Part shown: in pieces, positions 1 through 9,768 of the stretch | How the letters are laid out: each line of letters opens with the position of its first letter | How positions within the stretch are numbered: the stretch's first letter is position 1 | Source: Macrostomum lignano | Taxonomy: Eukaryota | Direction of reading: 5' to 3' | DNA: 64,000 nt | Assembly (NCBI GenBank): GCA_002269645.1 | Contig: NIVC01003777.1 | Coordinates: 1-64,000 of the forward strand | Position numbers and translations under genes: made by a program | The notes under the pieces: model-generated | Database searches by the model: none | Told to the model about the DNA's origin: nothing | The model's input: the letters and a program-made list of their open reading frames with translations, nothing else

Positions 1-3000
1 GTCCAATCTTCTTTTGCTGAATTGTGTGAATAATATGGTTTTTAGATTGTAGCTTTGAGAACTCATGTGATGTCTTTTTGTTGCAATTCAAGGCGTCTCT
101 GTATTCAGCTTCATTAATTTCCTTCCTAACCACAACGTTTCGGAATTCCCTTTGATTTTTTTATTGGGTCTGACGACTCACATTTTATAAAATAGGACTT
201 TGCTCTCAACAATGAATTCAGTGATTATGTCACCAGCAATCTCGTCCTTCATTTTCCCAATCACTTTCTTGTTAGTGGCGTCAAACACTGATCACCATTC
301 AGCGTCCTGCAAGATTTCGTCATACTCAGACAAGTCAAAAACTCTTTTTGCTGCAGCATGTCCTGATAAATGTCTTCTGTTTGAATGTCCATAATAAAAC
401 TGTCTGTGTCAGTGTACAAGAGTTTCATTTTATCCTTGTACTGCTGCTTCATGCATAGAAGAATTGGTACATCAGACGTTTTGATTCGTCGAGAACAGTG
501 ACACCTGTATAGATCGGCTTGCGCAGCGTCACCTTGGTTTTGTAAAATATGATCACACCTAAGTAGCTATTAAAGATATGGAGTTCTTTGAATGTTGGCT
601 TTGACAAATTTGCCTGAATAACATCAGGCTCTGATGAGGTAACAAGTTTCAGGTTTGTTCTTTTCCGCTCATTCTCAAGAGTCTTGCCATAGACAGAGTT
701 GTTGGCCAACTTAAAGAGGTTCTTGTCAAAGTCGTTGGTTGCTTTGGTCCTAAACTGGGTGTTCTTATCAATGTAGGGTTTCATCCACGCTTCCTCTGTA
801 AATGTAAGAGCCCTGTGAACTTTGGTGACCCTGCAACCAAGTGAGATAAAATACTGAAGCAGTTTGTAATGGATTTTGTAACGTGTCTTGTTGTTTAGAT
901 TCTGTGTTAGTTTCTCTGTATGTTCTTTTTCTGTTCCTGACAGGTGCCAAGTTCCATTATTATCATTGGGAGTTTCGATTATTTTCGGGCACTTGATGTT
1001 CTCTGGAAGGGTGGAAAGTCAGAGAAATAGTCGTGAAGCTCTGGTGGAATGTAAACATCAACCTCATAAATGGCAGCCAATGAAAAGTCCCATTTGAATT
1101 CTGATGAGGGTAGCCATCGAAAATCTCTAACTGGAAGATCTTGACTCATCGCCCACCCGTAGAGATTATTAGCGTCCAAGTAAGTAATGTAGTTTGAGGG
1201 CTGCTCCTTATTGTAAGATTCAATGTAGGGATTGTTTGCTTTTGCATACCTGTTAACGCAAATTGAGATTCCCCCTCGCTTTGACGATTCGACAAAATTG
1301 TACATGTCAATGTCTGTAAGAAGTTCAATGTACCAATCTGGATCTTGATCCCATTTCATTTTAAGCAAAGATTCCCAGCTAGTGGCAGGCAGAGACACAT
1401 AATGTGCTGGATCGAGGCCATATGCTGTGTACCAGGTGTATCTGAAGGTTTCAAACACATCGGCCAGCAGAAACACATCTGTGTAGAGGTAAAGCAGGTG
1501 ATACTGGAAGAAGTTTTGACAATTAAAGTAATTATAGACATGCTTCGCGTGCTCATAGTTTTGTCAGAGATTCCAGAGTCTGTTAGCTTTGAAAAGAACT
1601 TCTCCTGTGGTGGTAAACCTTCTTCAAATACGTGATACCCAGTAATATTTTCATAGGGGTAGAAGCCTTTGGTTCTCAGGAGTTTAAATGATTCATCAGT
1701 GTTGTTAATTTTACTTGCAAACATCTTTGTATATGTACATTGTTCATCTTTTAGATTCTTGCTTAGTTCGTCTAGACTGGCAGCTAGAAATTGATATGAA
1801 TCCTTCAGTCTTATTTTACCTGTACCCGAATTATCCTGTTTAATATCAACACACTTAAACTTCTCCTTGTTCTCTGCGATGCAATCAAGGTGTATGTCTG
1901 GAATCATGCCGATTTTTTCAACTATTAAATGCATGTCATAGTTCTTTGCGTTGTGACAAAATATCGTTAGATCATGAATGTTCGATTTTAGCTTTAGATT
2001 ACAGGTGTTATGCGCTGCACCTCTAAATTTCCCAGTAAGTGGCAGTGGTCCCTAACGGTGGGGTTTTTAATATTAGTGCAAGTTAAATGTTTCCTGCAGA
2101 TGTGGCAATGAGTTGCTGATAGGAAATTGCTTTCATCCTCCTCAGACATACATTATTGGAACAGGTTGAAGGGTGCTAATCACTTTTTGCAACTCTAACA
2201 TTCTGGCAATAAACTGCTCCACACACTGCTCTCCAAAGAAATAATTATACTCAACAAGTCCTTTTGTATTAATAAAGGCATATGCTACTGAATTGGGGAT
2301 ATGTTTTTGAGTTTGAGTTTGTTTTTGAGTTGAGTTTGTTTTTGAGTTGGAGTTTGTTTTTGAGTTTCTGGCACGATTGAGCATTCGAAATCAGCATATA
2401 CAACAAATGGGAGCTTCTCCATCTTGTGATAGTTCTTAAACCGGAGATACTTCTCTTCAGCTGAAGGAAGAGAGCAGTTTGTCGGGTGATCCTCGCATGA
2501 TAATTCATGCTCTGTTAGTTTTTCAAAGCGTTCAGGTCCACTGTAATGCTTAAGGCACAAGCGGCAGATGGCAACAGCCTCGTGATGATTATTCAACTGC
2601 TTGTGAATGAGTCTTGAAAGATCTTTAATCCAAACATAGTGAGCCTCCTCTAGTAAATTACCAATCACTAGAAGATCCACTTCAGTCCGCCTTTTCCCCT
2701 CGGGATCTAAAACGTCTTTGCTACATCTGACCGGTTGAACTTTCTCAGTTTTTCACTCCACTCAAAGACTGTGATTCTAATTTTGTTATTAAACACTTCT
2801 TCTAGCTTTGGGATCTGAGAGATTGCCAAGCCTCCTTTGTCAAACCTGATTCCCTTCTTTTCGCATTCAATGAGATAGTAGTTAAAATAATTTTGATAAT
2901 TTGAGGTTCTTTCGGGGTGGTGAGGGACACTAAAAAGTGCAGAAAGAACTGCCCATAGAGCACAGCAATTGTCTTTATTTTTAACATTTATGCAAGCTTT

Positions 3001-3772
3001 TTTACCGGCTAGCTTATGCGGGAGCTCTATATAAGAGGAGGCTTTAAGTGGGTCATATTTCATGACCTGACAGTCGCTCTTTGAATCCCTCCACGACCCA
3101 TCCGGAACCTCTGGATGTAAACGCTTCAATTTTCTTATTGACATCTTGAAGGAAAGGATCCAGTGTGTCTGTTGGGGTGAATGGCTTTGCCTTTGTTGTC
3201 ATGTAATACTCGAGATGCTCAGTGGGTTTTGCAGGCATATAAAACGCAATCTTGAATGATATCTGTAGTTTAAAGGTCTTGCGTGTTTTGAGTGTGTGAT
3301 CAACAACTGATTGGATGCTGTCTTTATAGTCGTAGATGTTTGCGGTGGTACCGTTGGTACCGTTAATTGGGATTGTGTACTCTATATAATGTTCTGTAAA
3401 CTTCGTCTGTGCAAAATTAATCTCTTCAGTGGCAAGCTCCGACTCTTTTAAATGGATTAATTGCTCTAATTTCTCTTGTTCCTGCTTATTTTGTGGGTAC
3501 TTTGCTTTTTCACCAGTGAGAGTTTCATATTTGTTAACTAAGTTGCGACTCCTCTCTTGGTGTTCCTTTGCAGAATTTTTTATAGGCGCATACTGGTTTG
3601 ATTCTAATTGATTGATGATTTCCAACTGTTTTTCATAGCTTCCCAGGTGACCAGGGTCGGTGTTGAACTTTTGTTTGCATGCTTCTCTTAGTGAATTACT
3701 TTTGTCTTGAAATGAGACGCCTTTTGAAAAATATTTGTTGACTAAATCTCTTGCTGGATTAGCTTTTGGCAT
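1..3772 (-). CDS. Protein-primed family B DNA polymerase (Polinton type) with embedded endonuclease VII-like Zn finger; multiply frameshifted, 3' end beyond window
   Basis: ATG at 3772. Motifs in order across ORF fragments: IEAFTSRGSGW, SSYIELP..KKACINVKNKDN, YADFE (ExoI), CHIC..RDHCH.TGKFRGAAHNTCNL (~1995-2110), FHNAKNYDMH, DSYQFL (ExoII), KGFYPYE, YLDANNLYGWAM (region A), KLANNSVYGK (B), YTDTDS (C), KKVIGKMKDE. Confidence 0.92.
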
Positions 3773-3895
3773 TTTTCTCGAAAATATAAAAAAAATTTTG
3801 AGGGTTACCACCCTGATAGAAAAGTTGAACTGTTTCTACATCCTATCAGTAGTATTAGGTTTATGAAGCTGGATAAAGTGGGGTTTTAAACCTCA

Positions 3896-4351
3896 TCACA
3901 TCCGCATTATTGTAAACCCAGCATTGTGCAGTGTCATGATGGCTTTGACAATGTCAGACTTGCTTATAGAATTTTCATTCTCACAATCATCACAATCATC
4001 AAAATCAGGGCACCCATCTCCTGCCTTAATCGTTATACCTTTATCTCTTGCAATCTTTTGCAATTCTAGCTGGTGGGCCCTATCATTCCCAGCTTTAACA
4101 GCAGTTGCTACACCTCCAGCTACACCACCTGCGGCACTCACAGCGCCTGCAATGATCGGAATAAGAGCTGCTAATGGTAGGATTCCTCCTGACTTTTCAT
4201 CTGTGATGCTGTGTCTTTGTTCATTACACTGAACTATTTGCTGCGTGGGATCGATTTTTACTTTGATACCTTTAATTGATATAAGACCTGGTTTCTTTGA
4301 TTCAATGATTTTATTGAGTTTATTGATGGTTCTGGTTTCAATCTTTGTCAT
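3896..4351 (-). CDS. Adenovirus pX/Mu-like virion core protein (151 aa)
   Basis: SGGILPLAALIPIIAGAVSAAGG closely resembles the adenoviral pX C-terminal GGILPLLIPLIAAAIGA motif, which is also known from Polintons/adintoviruses. Confidence 0.7.
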   Translation of the reverse strand: MTKIETRTINKLNKIIESKKPGLISIKGIKVKIDPTQQIVQCNEQRHSITDEKSGGILPLAALIPIIAGAVSAAGGVAGGVATAVKAGNDRAHQLELQKIARDKGITIKAGDGCPDFDDCDDCENENSISKSDIVKAIMTLHNAGFTIMRM

Positions 4352-4367
4352 TTTTTATTTTAATATT

Positions 4368-5405
4368 TTAATTAATTTCCGTGTCAGCTGGTATCACTAG
4401 GAGTTCAGCTCTAGTGAATGACCGCGTGGGGGATTTAGGGTTAAAGGTTTGAGATAAAAAGTAATAGTCTCCAGAGTCGGAGGTAAAATGTCTGTCTATT
4501 TTATGTACATCAAGGCTGAAGTATGGATCTGTAGCTCTTCTTTTAGTGTCCTTCTCTAGCTCTCCAGGTAGATATAAAAAGCGTAGAAACTCAGAGTTTG
4601 TCAGTATGTATGGTGATTCAACTCCTGGAAGCTTAGGGTAGTTCGAGGTGTGTTTTGTGTTGTGTGTGTTGTGTGGGGTTGTCGTGTTGTTGTCTGTTTT
4701 ATGAGATGACTTAAGTTCGACAGTGTCTTGTTTAATTGCATGGGATGGTTTCAATCCAGTCATGCGTGTGACTTCATTGTTCAGTTGCTCTATAACAGTG
4801 GGGAGCCGGTCTGTCCACTTGGTATAGTATTGGCCACTTTTTAGTTTCAGCTCTTCAGCTGTCTGCTTAGTGAATAGCCTCTTGGCTAGAGTTAGATTGA
4901 ATCTTTCCACAAAAGCCTGGTCTCTGTGGAGCTCAGTTCTTCCATAGCGAATTTTTGTGTCATACTTATGTAGAAGTGATATCACTGCACCCATGAATTC
5001 TTTACCCGGGTCCGTCATAAAGATTTCAGGGTAACTAAGGGGTGAGTTTTTATAAATATCTTGCAGTGCGCTGGCAACAACCTCTGACTTCTTCGTCTTG
5101 AGTGGGCGAGCTTCCTTATATCTGGAAGCAATGTCAATAATTGTAAGAGCATACTTGTAGCCTGAGTCATTGGGGAGAAACAAAAGATCTGCTTGGTGCG
5201 CTTCATTAGGTTTATAAATACTGAAATGGGGCCTTTCAAATTTTACTGGTGGGAAATAGACTTGAAAGACAGCCTGCTTAGAGAGCCATTTTTCTACTGT
5301 AGCTTTTGGTTCCTTACTCAGCTCCATGAGTTTACTAACGGCATTTTTGCCTACAAAGAAACCTTTGTCGCTGTAGTAGAGTTTTTTAAGTTTCTGATCT
5401 GTCAT
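4368..5405 (-). CDS. Retroviral-like (rve) integrase of Polinton type, 345 aa, intact
   Basis: DDE triad in HQADLLF, FMTDPGKEF and AFVERFN; C-terminal RRATDP motif typical of Polinton integrases. Confidence 0.93.
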   Translation of the reverse strand: MTDQKLKKLYYSDKGFFVGKNAVSKLMELSKEPKATVEKWLSKQAVFQVYFPPVKFERPHFSIYKPNEAHQADLLFLPNDSGYKYALTIIDIASRYKEARPLKTKKSEVVASALQDIYKNSPLSYPEIFMTDPGKEFMGAVISLLHKYDTKIRYGRTELHRDQAFVERFNLTLAKRLFTKQTAEELKLKSGQYYTKWTDRLPTVIEQLNNEVTRMTGLKPSHAIKQDTVELKSSHKTDNNTTTPHNTHNTKHTSNYPKLPGVESPYILTNSEFLRFLYLPGELEKDTKRRATDPYFSLDVHKIDRHFTSDSGDYYFLSQTFNPKSPTRSFTRAELLVIPADTEIN

Positions 5406-5435
5406 TTATTTAAAAAGAAAATTTTAAATAAAATA

Positions 5436-5924
5436 ATGCAGCGCTCTGGTGGTAAGTTAGATTCACATGGACTGATAGAAAAGCTTCCTCATCCGAACAA
5501 AGGCTGGACACTTCCCGGCTATAAATATTGCGGGCCTTTGAATCCACTTGAAATACAGCTAGATAAAAACAATAATCCACATCCTGAGCATGAGCCTGTG
5601 AACGAGCTAGACTCTGTCTGCATGTGGCACGATGTTAAATATAGAGATTTTCCTGAGGAGAAGAATCGCTGGGACAAAGAAATGCTTAAGAGACTAGACA
5701 ATATAGGGGCTTCAAGCGGGTGGAAGGAGTCGATCGCTCGGAAGCTAGTTAAAGCTGTTATTTTTAGTAAGGCAAAGTTGGGTTTGGGGGTTCAAGGCGA
5801 AGGTGGGTGTTTGGGGAGAGAGGGCGGGTGTGCGGAGTGCTCGGGAGCGGGGTTTATTTTGTGTGCTCCAAACGAGGTATTAGGAAGACTGCTGAAAGAG
5901 CTGGGGGTTGAGAGAGGCGCTTGA
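5436..5924 (+). CDS. Parvovirus VP1u-like phospholipase A2 domain protein (162 aa from ATG 5436)
   Basis: GWTLPGYKYCGPLN Ca-loop-like motif and PVNELDSVCMWHDVKY (HDxxY catalytic motif). The ORF-track start at 5193 overlaps the integrase antisense, so ATG 5436 is preferred. Confidence 0.85.
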   Translation: MQRSGGKLDSHGLIEKLPHPNKGWTLPGYKYCGPLNPLEIQLDKNNNPHPEHEPVNELDSVCMWHDVKYRDFPEEKNRWDKEMLKRLDNIGASSGWKESIARKLVKAVIFSKAKLGLGVQGEGGCLGREGGCAECSGAGFILCAPNEVLGRLLKELGVERGA

Positions 5925-6250
5925 GTCGGGAAAGATTATTCGCAGCCAAGCGCAACAGCTGCATTTTGAAAGGGGGTGGGGTAACTGCTATTTGCTGAGG
6001 GAGCGCAGCTGTTGCGAATGTACAAGTTCCACGCGTGCTTTCCTTTCCTTTCCTTTCTTTCCTTTGTATTGCGCACGCCAAATAAAGAATTAGAAAGACT
6101 GCTGAACAGTTTACATTGATAAACAACTGAAGGACTGTAGCGACAGATTATAGTCGCTATATAGTTTATTAGTTTATTATAATTTTTCATGTGGTAAGCA
6201 ACGTGGCAACAACAGAGCATGCAGCAGAAGACAGAATGCCTATCGTAGGT

Positions 6251-6558
6251 AAATAATAATAATAATTGATTACAACTGCCCAATGGGCAGATGTGCAATC
6301 GACAGCTCAGCCGCAGCTATTGCGCGGCGCATCTTAAGGCTGCGTACGGCTGTTCAGTCCAAGGACTGGGGGTCGCCACACACACCCTCAATTACCCCAG
6401 CTAATGCTGGCACCCATTTTACAGCTGGGTGAACTGAAGCAATGCGGAGTAAAGTGCCTTGCTCAAAGACACAGATTGTTGCAGTGGGATCGGGAATCGA
6501 ACCCTCAACCTTCATTCAAGTAGTGAGTCCGACGCCCTAACCACTAGGCTATAACCCC
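6251..6558 (-). mobile_element. tRNA-derived CORE-type SINE inserted in the Polinton
   Basis: Reverse strand shows A box TAGCCTAGTGG, B box GGTTCGATTCC, a CORE-like block (CTTTGAGCAAGGCACTT...CAGCTGTAAAATGGG) and an (ATT)n tail. Homologous to copies at 27561, 37966 and 56855. Confidence 0.85.
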
Positions 6559-6728
6559 GTATGTGCAGGGTCTAAACTATGCAACAATATAAAAGGTTTC
6601 TGGGTGAGCGCCTGCTTTTTCTCCAGCCCTTCTCTCACCCGTCTTGCCCTACCGCCTCTCATTCCAAGCCTGTCCTCTGGGTGCCTCTCTCTCTTCGCAA
6701 CTAGCTCTACGCTCTCCTAGTCAAACAG

Positions 6729-7727
6729 CCACCTCAGAAAATGAAACCGCTGGTTTCAAATTTTGAGGTGGGTGATCTGAGTTCTGCACTGCTTCTCTAG
6801 CCTCCGCAACTAGCTCTACGCTCTCCCGAGCTCATTCTATTTGTAGTCAAACATAACACTAGCGATCTCGCGCTGGGGGGTAGAGGGGCGCCTGGGAATT
6901 TTGAGTCTCCCGTTGTACTGAAATCTCCTTCCCCTTGAGCTCCTCTCCCTTTCCCTTCCCCAGCAGTCCGGGCCAGAGCACTGGGCTCTCTTTGCACAGG
7001 GGCGCCGCGCCACCTCAGAAAATGAAACCGCTGGTTTCAAATTTTGAGGTGGGTGATCTGAGTTCTGCACTGCTTCTCTAGCCTCTGCAACTAGCTCTAC
7101 GCTCTCCCGAGCTTAGTCAAACAGCCACCTCAGAAAATGAAACCACTGGTTTCAAATTTTGAGGTGGGTCTACACTGCTGCGCTATCCAGTTCTCACCCG
7201 CCCTGCCACTCACTGCATGCAGTCCGCGCATTCCGCCACAAGTCCCCCCCCCCTTCTCTCTCCCCCCCCTTCTCTCTCCAGAATTGCAGAGGGTTGAGGG
7301 TTGAGCCGGGCGGGAGGGGTCTTTCGTTTTCTAGCCTCCACAACTAGCCGCTCCGTTTTCTTCTACGCTCTCCCGAGCTTAGTCAAACAGCCACCTCAGA
7401 AAATGAAACCACTGGTTTCAAATTTTGAGGTGGGTGATCTCTTCTACGCTCTCCCAACACATTGTATGGGTTTTATTTTTAGAACTTACGTCTACACTCT
7501 ACAAGGTACAACCTTCTGGGTGATCCCTCCGTTTTCTTCTACGCTCTCCTAGTCAAACACCCACCTCAGAAAATGAAACCGTTGGTTTCAAATTTTGAGG
7601 TGGGTGATCTGAGTTCTGCACTGCTTCCAGCAGAAACATTTGTCTACACTGTCTCAAGCAAATTTGCTATTTTAATCAAACACCCACCTCAGAAAATGAA
7701 ACCAGTGGTTTCAAAATTTGAGGTTGG
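6729..7727. repeat. Array of six 43-bp imperfect palindromes with modular spacers
   Basis: CCACCTCAGAAAATGAAACC-NNN-GGTTTCAAATTTTGAGGTGG starting at 6729, 7010, 7125, 7391, 7561 and 7684. Confidence 0.95.
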
Positions 7728-7815
7728 TGTCAACATTAGTAACTATCCAAGGATAACTTGCTATTATTGTAGCTTCATGAGTTGCTAAATAAACAATAGA
7801 TAGGTAATTTAAAAG

Positions 7816-8439
7816 TTAAAACAACAAGCCTTCGTCCACTTCCTGTTGCAGCATCGCAAGGGCCTCTGGCAAGTATGCAATCATCGACTTCAGCTTGTGC
7901 AGGGACATTGCAGATCTTTGTAGCACCGGATATTTCTCAGCTTGGTCAGCCAATTTCATCAGAAAGTTGGTCCACTGGCTGGTGAACGGTGCACGTCTTT
8001 TCAGCTCGTTGAACTGTTCCTTACTGAGAACCCGCTCCATTCTCAGAAAGATCCTGCCGAGCTGTAGGCCGTTTGCAAAGCCATGCTTACCATACCGTTC
8101 AACTAGCTTATGAAGGTTGGCAATCTGTACAAGCACTGCGTCGATTGTAAATGTTCCCTGCATAAATTCTTCTAGAGAATGCACTGGCACAGGCTCACTG
8201 TTGGTTTTATAGGCCGTGCGCAACTCGTCCAGAGCCTTGCTGATTTGTGATTGCTTGTCGGTAGTTTTCGCTAGCCGTCCATTGATAGTTGGCTTCACGA
8301 TTGGTGACCGAGCAATTGCATTGTATTTATCGGCCCAAAGATTCCAGTTGTCGAGATCTTTACTAGAAAAAACCGCCTTGATGAAGTTCTCCAGATTTTG
8401 GATGTAAACGTTGTTGCCTGCTTGCATTTCTTCATCCAT
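7816..8439 (-). CDS. Uncharacterised 207-aa predicted helical protein of the Polinton
   Basis: Uninterrupted ATG-initiated ORF of normal composition with promoter-like elements upstream; no family confidently recognised. Confidence 0.75.
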   Translation of the reverse strand: MDEEMQAGNNVYIQNLENFIKAVFSSKDLDNWNLWADKYNAIARSPIVKPTINGRLAKTTDKQSQISKALDELRTAYKTNSEPVPVHSLEEFMQGTFTIDAVLVQIANLHKLVERYGKHGFANGLQLGRIFLRMERVLSKEQFNELKRRAPFTSQWTNFLMKLADQAEKYPVLQRSAMSLHKLKSMIAYLPEALAMLQQEVDEGLLF

Positions 8440-8556
8440 GGCAAGATCCAGAGATTAAGCTAGTCAAAAATAAGAAGTTGCTGGCTCAGCGAGTTGAGGC
8501 GGGGTGAGGCGAGGCGGGGCAGGCAGGGTGAGGCGAGGGGCGGTGTGAATCGGCTG

Positions 8557-8636
8557 TATATATACCATTGGTGTGGGCTCGGGAATCCACGGATTCTCTT
8601 TTTGTTCTAGAATTTTCTAGAATTCGAATTCTAGAA
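8557..8636 (-). promoter_or_regulatory. Heat-shock-element / CCAAT / TATA promoter upstream of the 207-aa ORF
   Basis: TTC-TA-GAA-TT-TTC-TA-GAA at 8605-8622 (four alternating nGAAn units), a further TTCTAGAA at 8629-8636, CCAAT on the minus strand at 8571-8567, TATATATA at 8557-8564, ATG at 8439. Confidence 0.65.
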
Positions 8637-8988
8637 GGGAAACCCGCAGATTTTCTACTTATAGCCAGTATTTTCTATTAATGGTTGATTGGGGTTGCCT
8701 GGGAAAGATCTAGGAAGACTGCTGAAAGAGCTGGGGGTTGAAAAGGCTGGGGGTTTAAACAAGGAACTAAATGGGCGTTTCTGAAGCTAGGCAAGGGATC
8801 TTCTGAGCTAGTTAGGGTTGAGCTGGGCAAAAGCTTTTTTCTCTATGCTGCACACGCCGCTCGCGCTATGACCAGAAACAGCTGCCATACCCATTCCGCT
8901 ATCACCCACCCGCCACACAGCAAAATACCATGCGTAAAAATATCTATTATTGCAGTCTTAAAGTCTTAAAGCGTATCGTAACGACATT

Positions 8989-9228
8989 CTACAATTGCTT
9001 AATGATTTCTGCAAAGTTATAATAGCTGTCGTAATCTTTTACATATGTTACTCCGTACTTATGAAACCAGTGTCTTTGGAGAGCTAGGTTAATATTAGGG
9101 ACATTGATATCAACGTCGGGCCAATATTTTCTCATGTATTCGCTGCATTCAAGTTTGCATTGGTACTTGGATTTGTACAATGGATTAGGCTGAGTATAAT
9201 AAGAACCTGGAGAGACAACTGGAAACAT
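8989..9228 (-). CDS. Small orphan ORF (79 aa, Tyr-rich) in the Polinton
   Basis: ATG preceded by AATAAA like neighbouring element genes; no homology recognised. Confidence 0.45.
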   Translation of the reverse strand: MFPVVSPGSYYTQPNPLYKSKYQCKLECSEYMRKYWPDVDINVPNINLALQRHWFHKYGVTYVKDYDSYYNFAEIIKQL

Positions 9229-9430
9229 TTTATTGAGAATTTATTATTTTTTTTCAAAGGGTAAGGACCCTGCGCTGATAATTTAAAGTCTTAGGGATCT
9301 GGTAGCACGTTGCAAATTGAATGTGGGCCCCATGGGGAGAAGAATTCAGATTATTTTCTTATTGTTTCGAAGATGTTAGTGGATTATGTCAGTGTCAGTG
9401 AACATAACAGGTGTTAGTGGACACCTGCTC

Positions 9431-9727
9431 TGATTCTGTCAGGGATAATATGGATGGATTTAATACGATTATGTTCGAAGTTTTCGGAGCAAGTGCGACC
9501 CCTCCACTTTTTCATGATTCTGTCGGGGATAATATGGATGGATTTAATGGGATTATGGAGGACGTTTTGTGAGCGAGTGCGACCCCCCTTTTTTTCTGAT
9601 TCTGTCAGGGATAATATGGATGGATTTAGGTGGATTATGGAGGATGTTTTGTGAGCAGGTGCGACCCCCCTTTTTTTCTGATTCTGTCAGGGATAATATG
9701 GATGGATTTAGGTGGATTATGGAGGAG
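9431..9727. repeat. ~82-bp tandem repeat, ~3.5 copies
   Basis: Units TGATTCTGTCAGGGATAATATGGATGG... start at 9431, 9515, 9597 and 9679. Confidence 0.9.
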
Positions 9728-9768
9728 GTGAAAAATTTTGTCCCAGAAGCCCCCTCATGCCCTCTACT

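Noticed and set aside
5193-5435. N-terminal extension of the PLA2 ORF
   Set aside because: It is antisense to the integrase start; ATG 5436 has the same context as other element genes.
6729-7727. CRISPR array interpretation of the palindrome repeats
   Set aside because: Spacers are 72-238 bp, unequal and built from shared blocks; no cas genes; eukaryotic context.
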